NCBI GenBank assembly: GCA_964464395.1
Contig: CAYXFY010000001.1
Span: 77,918 to 141,917, forward strand
Reading direction: 5' to 3'
DNA length: 64,000 bases
Origin: an uncultured Nitrososphaera sp.
GTDB lineage: Archaea; Thermoproteota; Nitrososphaeria; Nitrososphaerales; Nitrososphaeraceae
The notes beneath the pieces are model-generated. The model saw only the letters and a program-made list of their open reading frames with translations, was not told the DNA's origin and did no database searches. Position numbers and translations under genes: made by a program. This document shows, one piece after another, positions 41,536-49,734 of the stretch. Position 1 is the first letter of the stretch. Each line of letters opens with the position of its first letter.

Positions 41536-41936
41536 AGACGATACTTTTCGTGTGTGTGGAAAACGCCGGCAGGAGCCAGATGGCCGAGGGCTTTTTCAAC
41601 AAGTACGCACCAGAGGGGTTTCGCGCGGTTAGCGCCGGCACCAAGCCGGCGTCGCAGATAAACCCTCTTGCCGCGCAAGTCATGAAGGAGGCAGGAATCG
41701 ACATCAGCACGCAGAAATCAAAGATAATCACCGAAGAAATGATACGTGACTCTTCAAAAGCCGTGAACATGGGCTGTATGGACAGGTCCGAGTGCCCACT
41801 CCTGTTTCTGAACAACCCGATTGACTGGGGCATAGAGGACCCGAAAGACCAGCCGATTGAGAAGGTCCGGGAAATACGCGACGAGATAGAGAGAAGAGTA
41901 AAAGAGCTTGTCAACAACCTCGAGCATAGCCGCTAG
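41532..41936 (+). CDS. arsC: Arsenate reductase (LMW-PTPase family)
   Basis: 134 aa. ILFVCVENAGRSQMAEG CX5R motif. ATGA overlap with arsM. Confidence 0.88.
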   Translation: MKTILFVCVENAGRSQMAEGFFNKYAPEGFRAVSAGTKPASQINPLAAQVMKEAGIDISTQKSKIITEEMIRDSSKAVNMGCMDRSECPLLFLNNPIDWGIEDPKDQPIEKVREIRDEIERRVKELVNNLEHSR

Positions 41937-42588
41937 CCTTTCTGTGAACAGGAAAAGGTTTGCAGCAGAGCTTGTCGGCACGTTTTTTGTAGTGGTGTTT
42001 GCTACAGGATCAGTCGTCATCGACGCGCAGGCAGGTGGCGCGTATGGGACGCCGTTTGCGGCAGTAGCGCCAGCGATTGCAGTCGCGGCATCTGTCTACG
42101 CGTTCGGCAAGATTTCCATGGCGCACTTTAACCCTGCAGTGACAATCGCGTTCTTTATCACGGGCCACATTTCAAGGGCGCAGCTGCCTGTATACCTTGG
42201 CGCCGAGATGATAGGCGCAGTTCTTGGGAGCCTGTTCGTGATGACAGTTGTCGGTACTGATGCGAACCTCGGCGCTAACGCGCCTGACTACTCGTTCCCC
42301 CTGCCGCTGATAATCGCGGTCGAGGTGCTTGCCACCGGTCTTCTCATGGCAGTCATCTACGCCGTCGTCTACACGAAAGGGTTGAAGGGATTTAGCGGGA
42401 TAGCGATAGGGGGCATAATCGGGCTTGACATTCTGTTCCTTTCGTTCATATCCGGCGCGTCGATGAACCCCGCGCGGTCGTTTGCGCCCGCGATCTTTTC
42501 TGGTGCTATCGGCGATCTGTGGTTGTACTGGACCACGACTTTTGCCGGCACATCGATAGTAGCCTTTATCGCAAAGAAAAAGTTCTAG
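41908..42588 (+). CDS. MIP-family channel (aquaporin/aquaglyceroporin-like)
   Basis: 226 aa with two NPA boxes (HFNPAVT, MNPARS). Confidence 0.88.
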   Translation: MSTTSSIAASLSVNRKRFAAELVGTFFVVVFATGSVVIDAQAGGAYGTPFAAVAPAIAVAASVYAFGKISMAHFNPAVTIAFFITGHISRAQLPVYLGAEMIGAVLGSLFVMTVVGTDANLGANAPDYSFPLPLIIAVEVLATGLLMAVIYAVVYTKGLKGFSGIAIGGIIGLDILFLSFISGASMNPARSFAPAIFSGAIGDLWLYWTTTFAGTSIVAFIAKKKF

Positions 42589-43898
42589 CCGTACGGCTGG
42601 TCTTTCTTGCTCGACCTGTCTTCTGAAAGACGCAGCTTGTGTCCGAACCTGATGACGTAGGGCGCCATGAACGTGGTGACTATGGTTATGACACCAAGCA
42701 GCGGGAGTATCGACGAGCTGAGCACGCCGGCGTCTTGCCCTCCCTTTACCACGACCAGCGACAGCTCGCCTTTTGCTGCAGACATGCCAAAGCCTGTCCT
42801 GAGCGCGGTGACAGTGTCGTACTTTGTCTTGGCAAGTATACCTGTCACTATCAGGAACTTGGCTCCAAACGAGGTGAGTATCAGTATCGCGGCAGGTGCC
42901 ATGAACGCCGGCACCAGCGAGATGTCCATGAGTGCGCCAATTGAGATGAAGAATATGGCTGCGAACATGTCGCGCAGAGGAAGCGTGAGTATCCTTGCTA
43001 CCGCCGCGCTGTTTGATTCTGCAACTAGCACCCCTGCCAAGAACGCGCCAGTGGCGACCGAAAGCCCGATGCTGCTTGCAAAAAACGACAGACCGAAGGC
43101 AAAGCCGAGGATCACGACAAGCAAGAGAGCATAGTCGTTGGTCTTGCCCGCCCTGTCGATGACTCTGGGCAGGTACCTCGACCCGAGTAACAGCACACCA
43201 CCCACGAACGCGCCCACTATGCCTATCGATATCAGAATGCTTGTTACTGACAAGTCGCCGCCCGCGCCCGCTATGGACTGCAGCACCGCCAAGATGCTGA
43301 TGGCAAGTATGTCTTCCACGATGGAGATGCCCAGTATCAGGGTGGAAGACTTGTCCTTTATCATGCCAAGCTCCTCTAGCACCTTTATTGTGACGACGGT
43401 GCTGGTGATAGAAAGCGCGAGTCCTAGGAACAGCGAGTCAAAGAACGTGAACCCGAGGTACTGCGCAGTAAAGAACACGATGAACAGCGTCCCGAGCGAC
43501 TCTGCGAGCGCGACTACAATGGAGATCCTCCCCACGGACCGGAGCCTTGCCATCGGGAACTCGGTGCCGACGACGAAGAGCAGCATGATGATGCCTATTT
43601 CTGCCAGCGCGTTGATGGTCTCGAGGCTGGTGACAAGCGTGAACGGCGGGGTGAAAGGTCCTATTATTATCCCCGCAAGGATGTAGCCTATCACCGACGG
43701 CTGCTTCAGCTTGTACGTGATGGCAATCATCACGGCTGCGATTATCATGATTATGGCGAAATCCTGCACGATAAAGTCGGTCGGCGCGTCCCCCGGCGAG
43801 AAAAACTGCGGCAGAAAAGACGTTATGCCGGGACCTTCGTGGTTCACCTCATAGGTAAAGCTTGTCGGCAATAAAAACAAGTTGTTGCGCCACCTCAT
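42585..43898 (-). CDS. Cation:proton antiporter (CPA2, Kef/NapA-like)
   Basis: Polytopic membrane protein with KLKQPSVIGYILAGIIIGP. Start set at MRWRN (43898). The ORF-track start at 44072 would overlap the divergent gene. Confidence 0.75.
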   Translation of the reverse strand: MRWRNNLFLLPTSFTYEVNHEGPGITSFLPQFFSPGDAPTDFIVQDFAIIMIIAAVMIAITYKLKQPSVIGYILAGIIIGPFTPPFTLVTSLETINALAEIGIIMLLFVVGTEFPMARLRSVGRISIVVALAESLGTLFIVFFTAQYLGFTFFDSLFLGLALSITSTVVTIKVLEELGMIKDKSSTLILGISIVEDILAISILAVLQSIAGAGGDLSVTSILISIGIVGAFVGGVLLLGSRYLPRVIDRAGKTNDYALLLVVILGFAFGLSFFASSIGLSVATGAFLAGVLVAESNSAAVARILTLPLRDMFAAIFFISIGALMDISLVPAFMAPAAILILTSFGAKFLIVTGILAKTKYDTVTALRTGFGMSAAKGELSLVVVKGGQDAGVLSSSILPLLGVITIVTTFMAPYVIRFGHKLRLSEDRSSKKDQPYG

Positions 43899-43963
43899 GT
43901 GGTTGTTGTGCGCCAGAACTACGTGCAAAAAACTAATTATAGAATCAATGACAATCAACTGCA

Positions 43964-44503
43964 TTGCGTTTTGAGATCCGCCGGCGCGCCCTGTACCTGT
44001 TGATGGGCGCTGCGGTGTTTTTTGGCGCCTATTCTGCCGGCGCGGCTGTGCAGATGTCGCCGGATGAGGCAAGGGAGGTGCGCGAGCAGTTTTCCGAGCA
44101 GATAGAAGGTATAGACCAGAACGGCATATTCCTCAACAACATACGCATCGCGCTCGGCATGTTCGTGCCGGGTCTCGGCGTCGGTCTGGGTGCGCTTTCC
44201 GGCTATGTCACCGGCAACGTCTTTTCCGCCATAGCGGAGGGCGAGCCGGCGCTTGCAGGCGTGCCGCCGCAGGTGATACTTATCACCCCCTTTGGCATAA
44301 TGGAAGTATTCACGTACGGCCTTGCGATGTCGAGGAGCGGGATGCTGGTATACCAGTTCGTAAAGAAAAAGCCTTGGCGCGAGTACGCGATGCCTACTTT
44401 GATAGAGCTTGGCATTGCGGCTGCAGTGCTGTTTGCAGGTGCGGTCGTAGAGTGGTGGATGATAGAGGAGTTCGGCGGCCTGAACCTGGACCTTGCGTCC
44501 TAG
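43964..44503 (+). CDS. SpoIIM-like membrane protein
   Basis: 179 aa. Hydrophobic pattern with NNIRIALGMFVPGLG and FGIMEVFTYGLAMS. Confidence 0.55.
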   Translation: MRFEIRRRALYLLMGAAVFFGAYSAGAAVQMSPDEAREVREQFSEQIEGIDQNGIFLNNIRIALGMFVPGLGVGLGALSGYVTGNVFSAIAEGEPALAGVPPQVILITPFGIMEVFTYGLAMSRSGMLVYQFVKKKPWREYAMPTLIELGIAAAVLFAGAVVEWWMIEEFGGLNLDLAS

Positions 44504-44769
44504 TCTTCTGCAGGCCCCGACTGGCCGATGCCATATTTTGAGATAAATTCCTGCGCCTTTGCCGCTACCTCGGCCCATTTCCACCTCTTGACGCTCATCC
44601 TGCACAGGTCAACCTTCCACTGGTCGCCGCGCTTTATCCACCTGTAAAGCCTGAGGTCTTTTCCATAGTTGCTCTCCACTACAACGAGTGCCACTATCAG
44701 GTTCTCGCTCCTGTAAAGGTCGTGGCCGTCAAGCACCTTGAAGGTCGGGGAAACAGGATATTCGTTCAT
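44500..44769 (-). CDS. Hypothetical protein
   Basis: 89-aa ORF with no recognised motif. Confidence 0.45.
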   Translation of the reverse strand: MNEYPVSPTFKVLDGHDLYRSENLIVALVVVESNYGKDLRLYRWIKRGDQWKVDLCRMSVKRWKWAEVAAKAQEFISKYGIGQSGPAED

Positions 44770-44833
44770 GCCAGACTGGATACTGCCACACGAGTTTTAA
44801 GCTTTGAGACAAAAAGGAAAAGGGGAAAGGCCC

Positions 44834-44956
44834 TTACTGGGTCTCGCCGCAAGCCGGGCAGGTCTTTTGCGACTTGGGCATCCTGGCTCCGCATTCTGCG
44901 CAATACCTTGTCGAGGTCTTGTCCTGCCCCATGCCAACAGGCTTTTCCATTGACAT
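44834..44956 (-). CDS. Small zinc-ribbon protein (40 aa), not in the ORF track
   Basis: MSMEKPVGMGQDKTSTRYCAECGARMPKSQKTCPACGETQ. Sits in an otherwise empty 265-bp gap. Confidence 0.45.
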   Translation of the reverse strand: MSMEKPVGMGQDKTSTRYCAECGARMPKSQKTCPACGETQ

Positions 44957-45034
44957 TTCAGGATCTGAAAGCAATCCAGAATATATAAAGACGATTCAGA
45001 ACTGGGGCAGACGACTTCCTAATAAGCGATAATT

Positions 45035-45757
45035 CTACGCATCAAATTCCAGATAAGTCTGCCTTTTTGTCTGGTCTATGACCATCGCAGACAGGTCCGA
45101 GAACTCTTTTCCCTCCAAGTCGCTGACAAATCCCTGAAACGTGGTCTCTTTGTCGGTCGTGAGGTGCTCGAACACCCACACCTTGAGCTTGGCCGTGTCG
45201 ATGCCGTTTGCCTTCAGGAATTTCGCAATGTCAGACTGCATGAAGTGCTTTGAAAGGTCGCGGGGCCAGGGCCTTGGGAGCAGGATGACGCTTTTTCCGT
45301 CCTTTACTGCCTGCAGCAGGTCCTTCTTTTTCTGCTCGATGTCGCCGGTTACATGAAATGTAATGACAAGCGCCTTGTCGATGGGAACGCGCGACTTTGC
45401 TGCTGCTATCTGTATCGAGCTTATGCCCGGGATTATCTGGACGTTATCGTCGCCAAATATCTCCAACAGTCTATCAACGACTTCGGACTCGGAAAAGTTG
45501 GCGTCGCCGGTGAAAGGCACGGTGCAGTACTCGCCGTCTTTCATTTTCCCGTAGACGTCCTGGTAGACGTCTTCCTGCGACTTCATCGTGACTTCAAGCA
45601 CCTGCTGCTTTTGCCGGTCGATAACTCCCTCTATCGTCGAAAGAGTGTACTTGTAGCCCACAATATACTGCGATCTGCGCACGGCGTCTTTAGCCGCGTC
45701 CGTGAGGTAGGCAGGCGAACCGGGTCCCACGCCCACTATGAACAGCTTTTTGGGCAA
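45035..45757 (-). CDS. Tetrapyrrole methylase-family protein (CbiE / precorrin methyltransferase-like)
   Basis: 240 aa. LFIVGVGPGSPAYLT and IIPGISSIQIAAA motifs. Confidence 0.7.
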   Translation of the reverse strand: MPKKLFIVGVGPGSPAYLTDAAKDAVRRSQYIVGYKYTLSTIEGVIDRQKQQVLEVTMKSQEDVYQDVYGKMKDGEYCTVPFTGDANFSESEVVDRLLEIFGDDNVQIIPGISSIQIAAAKSRVPIDKALVITFHVTGDIEQKKKDLLQAVKDGKSVILLPRPWPRDLSKHFMQSDIAKFLKANGIDTAKLKVWVFEHLTTDKETTFQGFVSDLEGKEFSDLSAMVIDQTKRQTYLEFDA

Positions 45758-45785
45758 CTTGACTGTGTTAAACGGGACTCAATAA

Positions 45786-46049
45786 TTACCTTGCCACTAT
45801 CATCGTGTTGGTCCCGCGGATTCCCTTTATCTTGCGGAGCTCCCACGAGACGGTCTTCTGCACGTCCCTGTCGCTGTTTCCCTCGACGACTGCCAGGATG
45901 TCGTACTCCCCAAAAAGCTGGTAGACTTCCTTCACGCCTTCTAGCTGTTTTATCTCCTCTTGCAGGAGCGGCTCAACACCGGTTTCGGTGCTGATAAGAA
46001 CGAATGCCTTGGTCATTAATCGGTCGTTACTGAAGGTAGCCAGCTCCAA
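45786..46049 (-). CDS. Stand-alone Lrp/AsnC-type ligand-binding (RAM) domain protein
   Basis: AFVLISTETGVEPLLQEEIKQLEGVKEVYQLFGEYDILAVVEG. The start is possibly at 46016. Confidence 0.65.
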   Translation of the reverse strand: MELATFSNDRLMTKAFVLISTETGVEPLLQEEIKQLEGVKEVYQLFGEYDILAVVEGNSDRDVQKTVSWELRKIKGIRGTNTMIVAR

Positions 46050-46132
46050 ATGCTAATATAAATTCTGGCAAGCAGGAAAATCTTACGGCTTTTCAGCCTA
46101 AGATGAGAGCGGGTCTGTAAGCCTACTCACGA

Positions 46133-47386
46133 CTACTCCCTCTCCCTAAGGTGCTTCAGCCATTAAATAGTAACCCTTGCAAACAGACACTCACGCTCAA
46201 CTACAAATTCCGTCTCCGTCCAACCAGAGAACAGGAATTCATATTGGAGCAGACGCTGGACGGGTGCAGGTGGGTGTACAACTACTTTCTGGACAAGAAC
46301 ATGTCAGAGTATGACATGAACTATGCTCTCACTGAATTGAAAGAGCAGCATCCCTGGCTCAGAAACTACTATGGCAAGATGCTCCAGATGGTAGGAAAAC
46401 AAGTTGCAGCGGCAAGAAAAGCACTATCTCGCATGAAAAGGAATGGTTGTAAGACGGGTAGGCTGTCATACAAGTACCGTGATGATTTCAATGCTTTTAC
46501 CTACAATCAGACAGGTTTTAGAATCGAGGGAAACGTACTGGTACTTTCCAAAATAGGTCGCATAAAGGCAGTAATGCACAGGTGGCCTGTCCACGTCAAA
46601 CAAGTGATAATATGCAGAAAGAATGGAAGGTGGTATGCCGTTATGGCGTGCGAAATATTTCGCAAGCAGCACTCGACCATTGTCTATCACAGGCCAGTCG
46701 GCATAGATGTCGGTATCACCAAGTTTGCCCATGACTCCGACAATCATGTTGTAGAAAACCCACAGTTTCTTACAAAGATGTTCAAACCAATTAAAAAAGC
46801 TCATCGCAGATTGTCAAAGAGAGAGGTGAGGAGTAGTAACCACATTAAAGCCAAGCATATGCTTGCCCGGCTGTACGAAAGAATCAGCAACAAGCGTCGC
46901 GACTTTTTGCACAAGACATCAACGTACTACTGTAGCCGCTACGACCTGATATTCTTGGAGCGGCTGAGGATATTGAACATGGCAAGGAACCACAATCTTG
47001 CACGCAAGATGTTGGACGCAAGCTGGTCCACGTTCAGCATGATGTGTAACTACAAGGCCAACAGGATGGTGGAAGTAGAGCCGGCGTACTCTTCAATCAA
47101 TTGTTCAAGGTGCGGCAACCGCATCTCCAAGTCGCTTGCAATACGTACTCACTCTTGTCCAAGATGTGGCGTGGTCATTGACAGGGACTACAACTCTGCC
47201 ATCAATCACTTGCAGAAGGGTTTGGAGCTTTTGCAACTACCGGTGGAGCGCCGGGAAGTCACGCCTGTAGAGACTCCAATGGAGTCATTGAAGCAGGAAG
47301 TCTATACAGCAATGTACAGATTACCGGAGAAACGGGGCAACCCTGTCCGGGAAGCCAACGCCTTTCAAAGCTTGGTAGTTCACAAC
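46133..47386 (+). mobile_element. IS200/IS605-family element, tnpB-only, family 1 copy 2
   Basis: Left end CTCCCTCTCCCTAAGGTGCTTCAGCCATTAAATAG. Right end ...CTTGGTAGTTCACAAC. Both ends recur in the mini-element at 49735-49846. Confidence 0.75.
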
Positions 47387-47404
47387 GGTTTACCCCTAGC
47401 TTGA
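46151..47404 (+). CDS. tnpB: TnpB (IS605 OrfB-family RuvC nuclease)
   Basis: 417 aa, roughly 60 percent identical by eye to the 14241-15413 copy. VGIDVGITKF, LIFLERLRILNM, IDRDYNSAINH; CSRC...CPRC. No ATG near the 5' end, so the start codon is uncertain. Confidence 0.9.
   Translation: MLQPLNSNPCKQTLTLNYKFRLRPTREQEFILEQTLDGCRWVYNYFLDKNMSEYDMNYALTELKEQHPWLRNYYGKMLQMVGKQVAAARKALSRMKRNGCKTGRLSYKYRDDFNAFTYNQTGFRIEGNVLVLSKIGRIKAVMHRWPVHVKQVIICRKNGRWYAVMACEIFRKQHSTIVYHRPVGIDVGITKFAHDSDNHVVENPQFLTKMFKPIKKAHRRLSKREVRSSNHIKAKHMLARLYERISNKRRDFLHKTSTYYCSRYDLIFLERLRILNMARNHNLARKMLDASWSTFSMMCNYKANRMVEVEPAYSSINCSRCGNRISKSLAIRTHSCPRCGVVIDRDYNSAINHLQKGLELLQLPVERREVTPVETPMESLKQEVYTAMYRLPEKRGNPVREANAFQSLVVHNGLPLA
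47225..47404 (+). ncRNA. Putative TnpB guide-RNA (omega/reRNA) scaffold overlapping the tnpB 3' end
   Basis: Hairpins CCGGTGGAGCGCCGG and CCGGA...TCCGG are conserved at the nucleotide level across copies even where the protein frame differs. Placement follows the known TnpB omega-RNA layout. Confidence 0.45.
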
Positions 47405-47884
47405 GGCCGTCTTCACGAGCGATATGAGGGGCGACCAGTCCATGTTTTTCTGGAACGCGATCGGATCCTTTGCGGGGTATTTCACCCACCCCTTGACTAT
47501 GGAGAACTTCATCGTCTTTGTCCTGTCGCCCAGGTTTATCTTGACCTTCAGGAGCGTGCCCCACCTCTTTTCCTCCGACGATATGTCCATTATCTGCCTG
47601 TACGGAACCTCAAGATTATCCGGGCTCTTGTCAAGATCGGCCTCCAGATCTTTAACTCCGTAGCCTTCGGCGGGCCTAAAGACGTTCTCGCTGGCCTCAA
47701 ACCGGTTGAGCTGGCGCCTTGAATTGGCGTCGTGAGCGGGGTATTTCATCTCTGTCTTTGAAATGAAAGCCAGTCGCCTGTCGGTGATGACTAGCATGCC
47801 CTCCTTGCCGCGCTTCATGAAGCCGTCCTCTTCGCCCCAGATCCAGAACATATGAGCCTTGATCTGCTCGTCCCAGTCGACCAC
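47396..47884 (-). CDS. Bacterial PH (bPH/GRAM-like) domain protein
   Basis: 162 aa. GMLVITDRRLAFISK motif. Lies between two IS elements; its 3' end overlaps the tnpB ORF end by 9 nt. Confidence 0.6.
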   Translation of the reverse strand: MVDWDEQIKAHMFWIWGEEDGFMKRGKEGMLVITDRRLAFISKTEMKYPAHDANSRRQLNRFEASENVFRPAEGYGVKDLEADLDKSPDNLEVPYRQIMDISSEEKRWGTLLKVKINLGDRTKTMKFSIVKGWVKYPAKDPIAFQKNMDWSPLISLVKTASS

Positions 47885-47909
47885 GATAATGCGGGTAGAA
47901 AATGCGATA

Positions 47910-48075
47910 TTAAAGCGTTAAATGAAGGTTCTGCCGAGTCTTCGGATGACGCAGACCCAACTTGCTTGCATCGACTCTGAGGATTAGTGGTTCCTTCTCC
48001 ACGTTCCCCCTCATCGCTTCACCTGCAAGTCCTTTTGAACTGGCGAACCGGGCCAGCCCTTTGATGGACAGGTTC
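47910..48075 (-). ncRNA. Putative guide-RNA scaffold of the family 2 element
   Basis: The ~150-nt block overlapping the tnpB 3' end is conserved at the nucleotide level in the tnpB-less copy at 58762-58905. Confidence 0.4.
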
Positions 48076-49127
48076 ATGGCCGCAACCACATCCCTGTCCA
48101 TCCACCTCTTGCACTCGGCACAGTACAGCTGACGCCTGTCCACTTGGGTTATCTTCTTCCCGCATCGTGGACAGAGCTGTGATGTGCCTCTAGTTTCCTT
48201 GACTGATAACTGGATAGTCGGCACTCCTTCCCACATTGCTTTGTATTCTATCTGCCGTTTTATCTCGGCAAAAGACCATCCGTTGAGCTTGAATCGATGG
48301 TTCCTGCCCTGACCATTGCCCCTTCTGTACAACCTACGTATATGGGTGATATCTTCGAATACTACCGCCGATTTATCCTGCTTAGCTTTTTGAACAACTG
48401 TTTTTGAAACATGATGTAATAGCTGGCTTATCCTGTTTCTGCGGCGTTGGCCGTACTTGGATGCAAGTCTCTTTCGTATTCTCACGTCATTGCGCTTAAA
48501 CGATCTTATTATTGACCGATTATTCTCTGCAATGCTAGCTGCCTTTGCCAAGTCGTATTGAACTACCTTCTCTGTGGTTCCCACGGTCAGATTTCTTAAA
48601 TTCCTATCTATCCCTTCGATATTGGTATATTCTATTTCCGGAGCCTCCTTAGAAATGCAGATACCGACTGAGTCGATAGTTAACGTGATAGAGCGGACTT
48701 TTAGTGAGGAGTTTGACAAGATTGTTTTTACATGACTGTCGAGTGGGATGTCGAAGTATTGTCTGTCACCAAGAGGCACTTTTAACATTCCATTCGTTAT
48801 CTTGAAACCTATGTATGCTTGCAGCAATGGTTTCCTAGCATATGGTTGTCTTGGCTGCAGTCCTCGTTGGAGGGATTTTTTTCTGTTAGCAAGTATGCAC
48901 GCCGCATGAGAGATCGCGCATATCTTGTAAATTGAATAGACTTTGTATCTTTCAAGGTGGCGATAACACAGTTTGGTCAGAGCTATTCTGGTAGAAACGT
49001 CATTCTGTAGCCCAATTCTGATGCAATCGTTCGCCATTTGCCTGAATACCTCTGTTAGTTGAAGTAGTTCTGGTGCTGGTTGGTAAAGTTGCTTTACAGC
49101 CTTGATCGCGATATTGGTTTCAGGCAA
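47910..49127 (-). CDS. tnpB: TnpB-like RuvC nuclease, second divergent family
   Basis: 405 aa. EGIDRNLRNL, VVFEDITHIRR, MDRDVVAAMNL; zinc ribbon CPRC...CAEC. Confidence 0.88.
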   Translation of the reverse strand: MPETNIAIKAVKQLYQPAPELLQLTEVFRQMANDCIRIGLQNDVSTRIALTKLCYRHLERYKVYSIYKICAISHAACILANRKKSLQRGLQPRQPYARKPLLQAYIGFKITNGMLKVPLGDRQYFDIPLDSHVKTILSNSSLKVRSITLTIDSVGICISKEAPEIEYTNIEGIDRNLRNLTVGTTEKVVQYDLAKAASIAENNRSIIRSFKRNDVRIRKRLASKYGQRRRNRISQLLHHVSKTVVQKAKQDKSAVVFEDITHIRRLYRRGNGQGRNHRFKLNGWSFAEIKRQIEYKAMWEGVPTIQLSVKETRGTSQLCPRCGKKITQVDRRQLYCAECKRWMDRDVVAAMNLSIKGLARFASSKGLAGEAMRGNVEKEPLILRVDASKLGLRHPKTRQNLHLTL

Positions 49128-49188
49128 TGGGATTCAGAACTAACCGCTCCATATAAAATAGCAATCACCTTGGGGAGAGGGAGTATGC
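47927..49188 (-). mobile_element. IS200/IS605-family element, tnpB-only, family 2
   Basis: Left end (reverse complement) CTCCCTCTCCCCAAGGTG. The right-end block starting GGTTCTGCC (forward strand) is shared with the mini-element at 58762-59095. Confidence 0.7.
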
Positions 49189-49242
49189 TACCTTGTAGAA
49201 ACTAGGCAGAATGAAATGAAAAAAGAAAGGAAAAAGAGGCGT

Positions 49243-49536
49243 TTAGCCTTCTTCCCAACCCTTCACGAAGAGGCCGTGCTTCTTCAGTGGGATTGGCTGT
49301 CCTGGGGTGTAGTCCATCGGCCTCATCCAGAATATGGCCTTTGTCGGGCACACACCGATGCATGCTCCGTCGGAGATGCATCTTTCTGGATAGAACACGA
49401 ATGCCTTACCCCTCTTCCATCCTTCCACCGGCTTGACCCTGAGTACGTCTGGACCGAGTGCGGTGCAGATCTCTACGCAGAGTGCGCAACCGATGCAGTG
49501 CTGTTCAGAAACGTCAGGAAGTATTGCTACTGGCAT
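49243..49536 (-). CDS. Dicluster-type iron-sulfur ferredoxin
   Basis: 97 aa. CIGCALCVEIC and CISDGACIGVCP cluster motifs. Confidence 0.85.
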   Translation of the reverse strand: MPVAILPDVSEQHCIGCALCVEICTALGPDVLRVKPVEGWKRGKAFVFYPERCISDGACIGVCPTKAIFWMRPMDYTPGQPIPLKKHGLFVKGWEEG

Positions 49537-49734
49537 CTAGTTCACCGAAGTTGAAAACTGCTCGAATCTATTTAAACTGTATGCTATTTTTATAACACCG
49601 TTTTTTCCCAAAAAACGATTTCTCAGCCATGATCCGTCTCTTGCGCCGTATTTCACGTCGGTTGACACGCCTTTGGTGGCATCTCCATCAAGTTCAGTGC
49701 GGCGGGGAGTTGATGTAATTGTACACATCGTCAT

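Noticed and set aside
43899-44072. The N-terminal extension of the CPA2 antiporter ORF.
   Set aside because: It is basic and low-complexity and would overlap the divergent SpoIIM-like gene start. The membrane domain begins after Met 59.
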